Shown: positions 13,513-25,843 of the stretch, one piece after another
How positions within the stretch are numbered: the first letter of the stretch is position 1
Layout: each line of letters opens with the position of its first letter
Origin: Octopus sinensis
Lineage: Eukaryota
Length of the DNA: 64,000 bases
NCBI RefSeq assembly: GCF_006345805.1
Contig: NC_043012.1
Span: forward strand, 2,728,001-2,792,000
Direction of reading: 5' to 3'
The notes under the pieces: generated by a model
Told to the model about the DNA's origin: nothing
The model's database searches: none
What the model saw: only the letters and a program-made list of their open reading frames with translations
Program-made: the position numbers and the translations under genes

Positions 13513-13689
13513 AAAATATATATACTTTATTTAAAGCAGCAGAAAATTCAACAAAACCTGTTACTCTGAGTTTCCTGTTGCCGTTCATCGGACAGTTTTT
13601 GCTAGAATCTAGCAAAAACTGTCCGATGAACGGCAACCGGAAACTCAGAGTAACAGGTTTTGTTGAATTTTCTGCTGCTTTAAATAAAG

Positions 13690-13762
13690 CATATTACTCT
13701 ACCGCTGGTATTTGAGTACTCTTTTTTCCACCTTGTTTCACATTTATGTGTTTACTCCGGTA
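13690..13762 (+). mobile_element. Probable Penelope-like terminal-repeat fragment attached to an 82-bp fold-back
   Basis: Unique tail gcatattactctaccgctggtatttgagtactc..gtttactccgg between (TA)n runs. The assignment is inferred from similarity in style to the other pLTR-like fragments here. Confidence 0.4.
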
Positions 13763-13889
13763 AAAAATATATATATATATATATATATAAAATACTGTTT
13801 TGTTGTGCATTTTGCTTATAAGAATTTTCACTGCTGTTGAAAGCATGCTTGTTTGTTTGCTTGAATGTTGCCTATTTCGTGATTTTCAG

Positions 13890-14004
13890 AGAAGAGTAAA
13901 ACCTCAGATCAGGTTGAAGCTGAGAAACGAATTCTTGCTGAACTGCTTGAAGTTGTCGAAGAACGTGATGCCTTAGTGTCAATGCTTGAGGAGGACCGAC
14001 TCAG
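13890..14004 (+). CDS. MICAL: MICAL-family coding exon (bMERB domain)
   Basis: attttcAG acceptor, GT donor at 14005. Encodes (E)KSKTSDQVEAEKRILAELLEVVEERDALVSMLEEDRL(R); 115 nt, phase 1 in, phase 2 out. Confidence 0.95.
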
Positions 14005-15300
14005 GTATTCTCTCTCTTCCTATGCTGGCATTATAACAACCATTCACAAAAATACAGCGATATATCCATACACATATACTCACTTAACACTTATCTTTGT
14101 CTTTCTGTCATTCCTTCCCCTCTACTCTTCCATACTTGTCTATTACTCCTTCTTGTAGAATTTCCCCCTATTTCTATATTGCTGCTCTTGTTGCCTCTGC
14201 TGCTGCTTGTTGATGGCATCTTAGACATTTTACTAGACAATGAGTCAACTTTCTTTCTCATTCAAATGTTCATCTACTGGGAGAATAATTGAATACTTAA
14301 ATAAACAGACCATGAAGTTGCATTATCTATCTTCATTAGATTTTGTAAATGATTAGTATTACTATTATTATTGTTGTTATTGTTTTAGTGTCTTTATCAG
14401 ATTGTTTTTCTATTAATATATTTTGTCTTCTTAATTGTTAAAATATCAATATCAGTCAAAGGATTATTAGGTGCGAATTGTGAACAAACTTAGTCCTTAA
14501 ATTTTGCAATAAAAATATAATGTTGTATCATTTCTATGTGAGTCAATAAATTTTCTTAGTTTTCTCCAATTTGTAAATCAAATTTTCTGAATTGTAATTA
14601 ATGTACTTACCTCAAAGATTTCAACAGAATATTTCCAAGAAGATCACTCAGCTTATACCCAGTTCATAATTAGGGTCATGCACAAAAAGGTGTAATATTC
14701 TGTGTTTGTTGGAAGAAATTCCAGTGGTTAAGAAGCTTGCTTTGCGATCACATGGCTTCAGGTTCAGTCCCTGGGCAAATGTCTTCCAGGTTGATCAATG
14801 GGTTGTGAGTGAATTCAGTTGACAGAAACTGTGAGGAAGCCCATCATGTATATATGGTTGAGTCTTCATGCCTGTGTGTGTGTCAAACCACACTACTAGG
14901 CAACCAGTGTCAGTTTGTTTACATCCCCATAACTTAATGGTTTTGGAAAAAGAGACCAATAGAATAAGGTCCAGACTTTAAAAGGACGTAAGTAATGGTG
15001 TTGATTTGTTTGGCTAAAACCTCTGAGACAGTGCTCTAGCATGGGCCACAGTCCAATGTCTGAAACAAGTCAAAGATAAATGACATGATAGACTTTAATC
15101 AGATCATGTATATCAATAAAGATGATTAAAAAGAAGAAAAAAAGAATGGAAGAACAGCCATAGGTTGAAGAGTCCCCTCAGTGAGTTGTCATCCAACTTG
15201 TCCTTTAAAAGTTCTAGTCATTTCATTGTTTGGTTGAACATTTTGCTAATCTGATATAAATACTTGCTTCATTGTGTTGATAACTCCAGTTTATCTTTGA

Positions 15301-15691
15301 TTAGCAGTATCGCCTGACGTTGCTCAGGTTTGTTTTGACCCTTTAGAATTGGAATTTTTGAAAAGTAAAAATTTTGCATTATGTAGCTTGTTATTCTCTT
15401 TAAGTGAACATTTTTCTGGTTGAAATACACTAAAAAATGGTGACACAGCAGTAAAAAAATCGTAAAAAATAGGGATTTTCATAGAAAAAAGCACCTTTTT
15501 TATGTAAATAATTTTTGGTGTTAACATGGTCCGATTTGAATTCTTTTCTTCTATGGAAAGAAGAGCAAGCCTTCTTCTATCATACTCTCAATTTTGGTCA
15601 ACTTGCGCTCAAGGTCTCGGAGGAAATAGTGTTAGTTGAAGGCTACCAAACCTGCCATACACAGACAACTTCAGCTTTATATATATAGAGA
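15301..15691 (-). mobile_element. Non-autonomous Helitron, CpG-decayed copy
   Basis: Co-linear with 39201-39588; minus strand starts TC, has subterminal hairpin CCTGA-gcaacg-TCAGG and ends CTAA. Confidence 0.8.
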
Positions 15692-16018
15692 TTTTATTAG
15701 TGTGAATACTGCAAGTAATTATTGGGTTAATTAAATGTCTGTGATACAATTTACTTCAATTGCTAACAGTTACCTTATTTTAACACCTAGTACTTTTATT
15801 TTTTTGTAGTTGGTTACATTATCTTCTACATAGTTGGTTCTATATTCATGTACACTTGGATTTTTTTTTAAATTATTATTTTGCTAATACATTTAAGTAC
15901 ACGAAATGCTAGTAATAGGATTATTGCATACTTGCTCAGTATATTGATATAGCTGCCAAACTTAACAAATTTCATTAAAATTCTTACATGTACTTAAAAA
16001 TGGCAACCGATTCTTTAA

Positions 16019-16239
16019 CTCTTTAGCATTTAAACCAGCAATATCCAGTCCAAATATTCTACTTGCTTGATGGTTATCAAATGGACCAGGTCCAGCCTCT
16101 CACCTATCCTATAATGTCATTCCAAAATAAACAAATACATCATCAAAATTTTGAAGCTGAAAGGTAATACATGATTAATTTAAAGGGATGTGAAAAAAAT
16201 ATGAATTACATTTGACAAAGTAAACTGAATGCTAAAGAG
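16019..16239 (+). mobile_element. piggyBac-like MITE
   Basis: TTAA at 16015-16018, TIRs ctctttagcatt / aatgctaaagag, right flank ttga. Confidence 0.65.
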
Positions 16240-18231
16240 TTGAGCTCTAAATCTTAGGAGAGCAAATCCATTAAATTGCAACAAGTAGAACCCTTACCAA
16301 ATAGCTTAATTCTACTGACCAATACACTAGTTCATTTGTCGAGTCTGTGACAAAATATATAACCACTTGTTATCTATTTCCATATTGTCTTTGAGGTGTT
16401 ATACTTTACTCCTATTATAACCAAAAATTAATCATCTGCGAAAATATATAATTCTATCACAAAATATATTCCCATACGATTTTCTAAAAGTGACTTTAAT
16501 GATTTCCAGTGTTATGGAACTGCAGCTAGATTCTTTAAAAGACGTGATTTCTTTTGATTTAGATGTGTCAATGGACACGAGGTGGTTGTGTCAACACTGT
16601 TGCTCTTTCAGTCCAAGATTTTACTTGTTTCATTTGTCACAAATTGATTCAAATTTTTCTTTGTTTTGATTCCTTCCTTTTGTTTCTTTCTGACAGTTCA
16701 TTCCTTTTCTTCTAATACTTTTTACATCAAGTTTTGTGTGTTGAATAACTATGTATAATTTTTTTTACTAAACATTTATGATCGTTCTTATTGATAAACT
16801 ACTTTTCTACTTTTCTAACCTTAACCAACTATAATTACTGTTGATTCTGAATTCATATATTTGCACAATGTTCTCAGATTAATCTAACATTTAAGAAATG
16901 TTTTGTTTTTCTAAATTGATGGTAATAAAATAAAAACAATGATCCAACATTTAAGATATAAAATTAAGGGATTTTTAGAGGCATTTTTTTATGTAAAATA
17001 TTTTTGTTATATTTCCAGTTTTTAAAATGAAAAAAAATTTTTTTTTGCTATAACATAGTTTATAATTAGAATATAATTTTGACTTATGTTCTTCTGATCA
17101 GTTACCCCATGCACCCTGATGTGCATGGGGTGGATTAAAATAAAAAAAAAAAAAAAAGGTGTGATTCGTAAGGTTGTCTTCCCAATACATAGATCCGGAT
17201 TTAGTCTCACTGCGTGGAACGTTCTACTATAACCCTGAGTCAATCAAAGCCTTGTAAGTGAATTTGGTTGAAAGAAGCCCATCGTATGTATCTGTGTTTA
17301 TACTCCACCACCGCTTGACAACCGGTGTTTGTTGGCTTGCGTTCTCTAACTGAGCGGTTCGGCAAAAATAAAACATAGAATACATAGTAGGCTTTAAAAG
17401 ACGTATCGGGGGTCAATTTGTTCGACTAGATCCTCTCAAGGTGGTGCCCCAGCGTGGCCGCAGTAACGACTGAAAAAAAAAACATAAAAAGTTCATATCA
17501 CGAAAGAGACAAGGGAGAGTAGCGTGGACGCTATTTATCCTTAGCAAGGCAGAGTTAATTCCCTTATCCAGGACCGCTTTGCAATAACGAGTTTGACTTC
17601 AAAGTATTTCTTTGTGAGTTGGTAGATTCGTTGGGGAGTCGAATAAAAGTTTCTCGAGGTATTTAATTATGTCTAGATGTAGTGTTCTTTTGTTTGGTAA
17701 TAGCACTCCGTCGGTTACGACGACGTGTGTTCCAGTTGGTCCGATCAACAGGACGGCCTGCTCGTAAAATTACCATGCAAGTGGTTGAACACTCCACAAA
17801 CATGCGTACTCTTAACGTAGTTCTCAGGGAGGGTCACAGCGTGACACAGAGTGTGCCAAGGATGATCCTTTGAAATGCAGGTATTACTCATCTTTGCTAG
17901 GCTAGTTTCTATGTAATTAAATGGCAATCAGTGGTCAGTTTTGTCTCTAAGTTTAATTACTTATTGAAGCAAGTTTCTTTTGGACTCACCAAATCTATGT
18001 AACTTTACAATAAACGCTTCTGTAACCATGGCTAGTACACATTATTTTCTTAGATTTGTAGCCTCTGTGTGCGTGCCATGGTGGTTTTATATTAGAACAT
18101 TGAATGTTGAGGTTACAATATTGAACTCAATGTTACACCTAAACTTTCACCGTACGTTTGCTGAGTTTTCAATGTTTATTGCCTTTTGTGGTTCTTCTTT
18201 GTTTATTTTATGTTTCATTCGACTTTTTCAG

Positions 18232-18349
18232 AGAGCGAGAAGAAGACCGAGATTTAGAAGGCATAATGCTCACCAAGGGCTTCGAACTGTCTCCGCTCAG
18301 CTGCATACGACCTCCGAAAGGACCAACACGCTTAGGAACAACTTCATGA
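18232..18349 (+). CDS. MICAL: MICAL-family terminal coding exon
   Basis: Long pyrimidine tract + ttcAG acceptor. Encodes EREEDRDLEGIMLTKGFELSPLSCIRPPKGPTRLGTTS-stop, continuing the recalled MICAL3-like RLREREEDKDLE motif in frame. Confidence 0.93.
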
Positions 18350-21130
18350 TAAAAGCATTCTTCTCCAAGATATACCAGACTGTTGGAAACATTTTACTTT
18401 TAACCTTAAAACAAAAATAAAGATATTTTTAGTTTCAAAGCTCAATTAGATCCAACGCTAACCAAAAAAAAAAAAAAAAATAATAATAATAATAATAATA
18501 ATAAAAGAAATCGTAAACGACGGTTATTCAGGGGAAGCAACTACCGTTGCCTTCAACCTGATTGGATCTACTCTCGAGGCTTTACATGTAAGGGGGAGAC
18601 AACTAACAATTGTCATTGTCTTCTACTTGCACGCTTTCTATTATCATGCAACATTCAGGTGGTTCAAATTATTGGGAAAAAAAAAAAATCACTTAATGAA
18701 AAACAAAAACAAAAAAATGAAAATAAGTGAAATATATATATAAAAAAAAGGAACAAACCATTTTTTTTTTTTCATGAAAATCCCCTCCAAAAAAATGAAA
18801 TAAATAAAAACGAAAGTAAAATGATAAGTTCATTATAAATATCAAAGATCTTCGGAAATGAGAGTCTTTCAGTTTCAAAAACTATTTTATACGTAAAATA
18901 ATGTATAGCTCTCCCTTTGTTTTTATTGCCAGTTTATTTCTTTGTTGGTGCACTACAGCTTCTAGACTGACTACAATAAACCAAATCAGTCTAGATGCTG
19001 TATGCTTTGTTGTGTGTCCATATCTCAAGCTTGTAGTAAGGAAATTTGTTGGAACAAAGAAATACTTCTTTCTTGTTATCTTGTGTTGCCAGTACATGTA
19101 TCTTTTAGCTCCCCGCCCTAACTGCACACTTCTTAATTATAATATTAAATAGTCAGCCTGTTGCCAACTTATCTTACATTGATATCATCATCATAGACAG
19201 AAATTAATGAAAAGTGGTTTCCATCACTAATTCTCACTCACATTCACCTTCTTGGAGATGTAACATTTTCTTTTATTTTTTGAAACTTCTTCCCAAGAAG
19301 AAGGGAGGGGATACCTGTGACTTTGAAATATGTTTGAATGATTAAAAAGACGACCTAAAAAAAAAAAAAAAATTTATTTATTTTTTAGTTTCCTACCTTT
19401 TAATGCTGCTTTATACCATCTTATTTCTTTTTAATGATCATTTTAGTTATTTTTATTTCCCTCCTCCCTCTTATGTGATTTTCTTTGACTTGAAAAAAAA
19501 AAAAAGACCAAATCATGTAGAGTGCCATATACCATATTTTTACACTGGCATGATGCCATAGCAAATGTGGGTTGTATTGGATCTTTTCTGTTTATGTGAT
19601 AGATCAATGTCATTTAAGGCTTAGATAGTTTGTCTAAACACTACTCTATGTTAGGGACATAAATAGCAATTCCTAATGGAAAATATTCCAAACAACACAG
19701 CTGTCTTCAGGAATCTATAATTTATTCATCCCATAACACACACACAATTATTTCTTTCTAAAACTGCGATGTTAAAACTGCATAAATTCAACAGCGGATT
19801 ATCTCAAACAGTATTGATATCCTTAACTCCAAGTGGATATCATCGTTGAGTAATCTGTTTGGACCAACTGTAATAATTATTTCTCTTATTTATTTAAAAA
19901 AATTTTATTTTGTTTAATTTTCGTAGCTGTGGCTCTAAAACGTCTTATCTATGCAATATCTTCTTGTGTAAATTTGTGGTTTACTTCTAGAGGATCTATT
20001 TTGTTTTCCTTGCAATTTGTTATTTGCTATCATTCTCCAACCATTCCATCACAAATATTAAAGTGTACTTACATTTTTGTTCATAAGAAATGGCGAGTTC
20101 CACAAACAAAAAATAATATTCACCTGCCTCTTGCTAATTAACCACTGTTGTGATTCAAAGCTGGTAATACATTTGCGATATGGTGTCTGCTAGAGCATTT
20201 TCCGTTTGCAAGATATTCTCTGGGTTCTTTAAAACTGTAGTAAACTACAACAATGGACCACAAAATATTAGAACCATATTTTAGTAACCATCTACTATTG
20301 TAGCATGTCTGACAAATATAAATTTTTATTATGAGTCGAATGCTCATGTGTTATGGCTAGGTTTTCTAGAAAATAAAAATGCAAATTGTTAGTGATAAGT
20401 TTTCAATATTTAATTTTTATTTGTGCAACTTTGGTTTGATTCCTGCTGAGTGAAAAAAAAAAAAAACTACAGAAATGAACAATTCAACCGAAAGCTTTCC
20501 CTTCTGTTAAAGACTGAACCAATTTTTATTTTATATTACTTTGCCTTGCTAGAAATTTCAAATGTTTCAAAGCTACAAAACCAACTGATTAGTTTATCAG
20601 CAAAGCTATTTAATTAGTTGTAAGTATATGCATTTTGTCTGCTGTTTTATGACACTTGCACTGATATGTTTTTAAGAATGTGATAATCTATTTCAACATA
20701 TGTGTACATATTGTGACAAAACATATTGTAACTGCTTCACAATAGTAGTAGCATCAATTGCTCACTACATTTCAGTAAACTGTAGCCAGGTTTCTTTCCT
20801 TCCTCCGCAGGGGAAGAGCTCAATCCCTCAGTCATTCATAGAATGTTCAGAATTAATAGTTCAAAGCCTGCAGGAAACCAGAAATGTTATCAACTCCTAA
20901 TGGATTCTTTGCTGTGGTACAGTCTGAAAAATCGGACGCTGTTTGCTTTTTATTTTCATGGTCCATTTTATTCTTCAGTGTTGAAAATCACGATAGTAAG
21001 ACATATGGGAACCGAAATGGTCTGTTGCTGCACTTATATTGTTATGCTGGTATCTAGCATGATAAATATCTTTGTTCTTACAATTCCATGTCAAAGAAAT
21101 AAAATGAATAAACAAATAAATAAAACTGAC
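18350..21130 (+). other. Putative MICAL 3' UTR (extent uncertain)
   Basis: Repeat-poor AT-rich stretch after the stop, with AATAAA hexamers near 18415, 18802 and a cluster at 21099-21125. The true poly(A) site cannot be determined from sequence. Confidence 0.35.
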
Positions 21131-22009
21131 CAAATTCTATTCATGGTGCCACTGCAAACCTGAATTAGTTTCCAATAGAATCTTTTATGCTTCAAGACTC
21201 ATTTTTTTCTTTCTTTTTTTCCTTTTCTTTTTTCCTCTTTTCTCTCCCTGTCAGCTTATCAAGTATTTTGCCCACTTCAGTCTTTCTGAGTAGTGATTTA
21301 CCAAAAGTTTTAAGACTTTTCTAGTTCTCTTTTGTAATCTTGCTCTGTGAACAGATTTTAGAGCTAATTCCATATCTTTTTTGTTTCCATTTCATTATCA
21401 GATTATTAATTTATTTTTTTAGTTTAACAATATGACCAGAAATAAGAGCCTGTTTGAACTCAATACAGTTTGAATTATTAAATTTTGGATCACTTCCAAA
21501 GTTTTCCATTATTTTGACTTCAACATATATGTCTCCAGGATACATCAGCCACCATATGTCATCATCATCATCGTTTAACGTCCGCTTTCCATGCTAGCAT
21601 GGGTTGGATGATTTGACTGAGGTCTGGCGAACCTGATGGCTGCACCAGACTCCAATCTTGATCTGGCAGAGTTTCTACAGCTGGATGCCCTTCCTAACGC
21701 CAACCACTCAGAGTGTAGTGGGTGCTTTTACGTGCCACTGGCATGAGGGCCAGTCAGGTGGTACTTGCAACAGCCATGCTCAAATGGTGCTTTTTATGGG
21801 CCACCTGTACAGGAGCCCCTCCAGCAGCACTGGCAACGACCTCGTTCAAATGTTTTTCCCACGTGCCACCAGCACAAGTGCTAGTAAGGCGACGCAGGTA
21901 ATGCTCGAATGGTGCTTTTTACATGCCACCGGCACAGAGGCCAGCTTGTTGCTCTGGCAACGATCACACCCATGGTACTCTTAGTGCTCCACTAGCACAG
22001 ATGCCAGTC

Positions 22010-22830
22010 ACCTTTATAGGTGCTAACCCTGAGGGTGTGGGAGGTTATGGGCCTGTGAGACCCTGGGACGGGGGACAGATGCTTCATGTGCCTGAAAAGA
22101 AAGCTTGCATTTGGCAGAATTCATAGCCTTCAGTTCAACCTGCATACACTACACGATCACTACCTTACATTGGAGATAACCCTAAGTAGGGGTGAGGATG
22201 GCGTAAAGCCTTTAGAAGTGTTCATGGGAGACAACCAAGGACGACAAAAGATAGGAACTTCCAGTACAGGTGGAGGGGGTAGGAGGGGGGCACACCGTGA
22301 ACTAGGAAGTTTAGATGAGAGCATCTTCTGCGTGTGCTGGTTTATATAGGGTGGTGGAGGAAGCCTTCATGAAGCGAGTGGTAATTGAAAGAGGGAGAGA
22401 CAGAGCAAGGAAGTGGTCAAGAACACGAGGGAAGAAAAATTCATTTGGGATCTGCGTAGCATAATTTAACGAGACAGCAATTGTTGATAATAGTAAAATA
22501 GAATTCAGAAATCTGAGAGTTTTCGGTCAGACAATCTAAGACAAACTTAGAGAAATAAGTGGCTGTGTGATAAAACTTTAAATAGAGCAATGAATCAATG
22601 AATATGTTGCAGTTAAGGAAATGCGTGAACTAAAGTTATCTTAAGGCAAGGAAGATGAAACTATTGAAAACTATATTTACATGATGACATGGTACGGAAA
22701 TAGACAGAATAATGAAAAGAACTAATCGGGGGTTTATGATCTGCGCAGAAACAGAAGAATAGATGAACGAGGTTGAAAAGACAAAACTTCTTATCTCGGC
22801 ATCTTCTGGGATTCGTATTCTTTGGCAGAG
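22010..22830 (-). mobile_element. Highly degraded CR1/L2-like LINE 3' region
   Basis: Minus-strand translation fragments NEFFFPRVLDHF..LP and IALFKVL resemble CR1/L2 RT C-terminal motifs; many stops. Confidence 0.35.
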
Positions 22831-22867
22831 GTATTGAAAACGAGTCTGTATGTGTGTGTGTGTGTGT

Positions 22868-22996
22868 TTACCAACCACATGGTTCCGGGTTCAGTCCCAC
22901 TGCGTGGCACCTTGGGCAAGTGTCTTCTACTACGCCTCGGGCCGACCAAAACCTTGTGAGTGGATTTGGTAGACGGAAACTGAAAGAAGCCCGTCG

Positions 22997-23027
<31 letters not shown>

Positions 23028-23243
23028 ATGTGTTTGTGTGTCTGTGTTTGTCCCCCTAGCATTGCTTGACAACTGATGCTGGTGTCTTTATGTCCCCGTT
23101 ACTTAGTGGTTCGGCAAAAGAGACCGATAGAATAAGTACTGGGCTTACAAAAGAATAAGTCCCAGGGTCGAGTTGCTTGATTAAAGGCGGTGCTCCAGCA
23201 TGGCCGCAGTCAAATGACTGAAACAAGTAAAAGAGTAAAGAGT
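22868..23243 (+). mobile_element. SINE family A, head replaced by (TG)n
   Basis: Body from ttaccaaccacatggttccggg to aaacaagtaaaagagtaaagag, with central (TA)n(TG)n. Confidence 0.9.
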
Positions 23244-24757
23244 ATATATAAATCCTAGCATAATAAATACCAGGTGTTTCAACATTGGCTGGTTACATAT
23301 CACATATACAAACATTACTGGCTGGTCACTTTATAAATACCATTAACTGGTCATTTTAGATATAACATCATAAAGCTATATGTTGACCACAGATTGGCTT
23401 GTCCCATCTGGTCCTCAGCTGATGTACCATTTGTTAGTCATATAAACCAACAACAATTTAAATAGTTCCATCGGATTTATCAACATTAAGCCATCCAGTC
23501 ATTTCAAACATTGATTCTGATGCAATTTTTTTCAGTTTATCAACAGAAAAATGGCAGGTTCAGAGATAGGTTACTAATCTAATTAATATATCTGACAGAT
23601 CTTTTAAATAGTTTTCTGTTTTTATCAGCACCTGCAAAAGTAAACAATAACGGAAGTTTTTTTTTTTTTCAATCGTAAAATTATCAGAAAGTAAAAGGCG
23701 CAAGAAATTGTGTTTTAAGGTCATAGATCATACAGCTCAACAGCAACAATTTTCAGAGATTTCATTGGTCATTCAATAACTAATTGGACCACCATCGTCA
23801 ACACCAGTTTTCCTCTCCTCAGCCCTTGTACACTTCTGCCAATATTTTGCTGCCATGCAACATCATACTTTATTCACAAGCATTTTACAATCTACTTTTC
23901 ACTCGCTCAGAGAATCCCTCTTTTGTCAGCAAGAGGCAACAAGCTACTCTACTTCCCAAATACTCTCCTTTGCTGCTAAGGTAACACAAGGAATTTCTCA
24001 GGCATTTGACATGCTTTTACTGCTGACTACATCTGATACAGACAAAATCCTTTTCTGTCAGCCTGCTTGTGATCCAGCTGTATTTCTTGTGCATCCATAG
24101 TTTATAGTGGGTACACTGTATGGAATTCCTATCAACAGATGGTAGTAGAATCCGGTTTTCTTTTCTGCTAACAAAATCTTTTGTTCTTTCTTGGTTTTAC
24201 TAGTTTTTATAGAATCCCCTCACACACAAACACCTCAGTCTTAAACCTTTTGCAATGGCCTAGGTACAGGGTCATTAGTTTTGAGCGGAGAGACTTAGTT
24301 GATTACATAAACTCCAGTATTTGACTGCTATTTTATTTTATTGAACCCCATAGTGACGAGGGCAAATTTTTCCTTGGTGAGATTTGAACTCAGAATGTAA
24401 GGAGTCAGAACTTTTACTACCGGGTATTTTCTCTTGTGTTCTAACAACTCTGCAAGCTCATCTCCTTGGCTTATAGAGCCACTATAAACAGAGGTGACTG
24501 ACCAACCAAAAAAACTTGACTGGTATATACCACCATGACATCTTGCTCGTTGATAACTCTGTGCTCACATCGTCTTTCAGTATGACTTGCTGGTCTCTAA
24601 CAAACCATTCCTCTACACAGTTCTCAACCAGGGTCAGTATAGTCTTTGGGGGTCCATATAAGATTTTGCTGTTAAAATTTATGTCCAATAAATTGGTTAT
24701 ACTTCTGTAATACACAAAATAATTCAACTTTTAAAAAAATATTCCTGATAATATCTA

Positions 24758-25843
24758 TGAGGTGGTGCTGAAAAGTTCCTGGTTTTCATAATTTTGTGAA
24801 CATCACAATGTAATGAGTATTTTTCCCAAACATCATTTGTACTTATGTGATCTCTGATGACTATGAAGTCCGATTCTGGAGAGACAGATATGTCCACTGA
24901 TAGAGCATGTAAAGCTTTGCTGCTGTTGACTTCCAGGGTTCTGCACGTGCCACAGGGCACAGCATGCCACTTTGCTCTGCAGTAGATCTTCTTCGAATTT
25001 GGTGGTGCCAGTCTTGTATGCGCCGCACCAGCTAGTGTGATCTGCAGCCATTGATTTGAGACTGTCAGGAAGGATTTGACACTTTTTCAGTATTGCCTTC
25101 AGGTGATCTTTAAAGCGCTTGTGCTGGCCCCTGACAGAGCATCTTCAATCTGTAAGTTCGCCATAGATAACAAGGCAGGGCAATCAATTTGAAGGCATTC
25201 AAATGACATGCCCTATCCATCTGCGTTAGCGATTATTACCTCCAAGAGCTGGCTGTTTTGTTTGGCCACATATCTCAGCACAAGGAATCTTGTTCCACCA
25301 ATGTAAACCAAGGAGTTGTTGAAGGCAAGAGATATGAAATCATTCGAGCGCTTTGATATGATGCCAGTAGGGCACCCAAGACACAACCATACAGCAGGAT
25401 TGAGACACAGACAGCATTGTAGACAGCCACTCTTGTTCTGATGTTTATATTTTTGTTGAGAAGGACGCGAGTACTTAGCTGATCAAATGCAACAGAGGCA
25501 AGATGAATACGGTGCTGAATACCATCTGTCAGATCGAGGATGTTGTTGAGGAATGAGCCAAGGTATGTGAATTGGTTAACATTAGCAATTATTGCATCCT
25601 CAACATGGAAGGAGCATGGGTTGGTATTGGGAGCACAAGGCTGCTCCTGGCTTTAAGGGTATCGTGAAAGGCTTGGTTGGAAGCCCACCCTTCTGAGTTC
25701 TTTTACAGAGCTTAGAGTCACACACTCATTGCAGCAGTCCTTCAGTTTTTCTGAGAGGGGAATATGTTGAATAAAATCATGATTAACTGATCCTCCTGTA
25801 TTTTCTTTTACCCAAAGCCAGGAACTTTTCAGCACACCCCTTA
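24758..25843 (+). mobile_element. Mariner-derived MITE interrupted by an RTE LINE insertion
   Basis: TA-flanked TIRs (t.agg.g.tgctgaaaagttcctgg) at both ends; the right part retains the transposase C-terminus ..RGEYVE-stop. Confidence 0.8.
24787..25644 (-). mobile_element. 5'-truncated RTE-clade LINE, degraded
   Basis: ORF 24833..25051 ends CSISGHICLSRIGLHSHQRSH (RTE C-terminal motif); flanked by 10-bp TSD tcctgg(t/c)ttt at 24777-24786 and 25645-25654. Confidence 0.8.

Noticed and set aside
13345-14615. Two perfect minus-strand AG|GTAAGT donors inside MICAL introns
   Set aside because: About one such 8-mer per strand is expected by chance in 64 kb of this composition; the candidate exon at 14611-14698 has stops in all frames.
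15324-15527. Similar ORFs MLTPKIIYIKK.. at 15324-15527 and 39140-39427, suggesting paralogous genes
   Set aside because: They are chance frames in two copies of the same non-autonomous Helitron.
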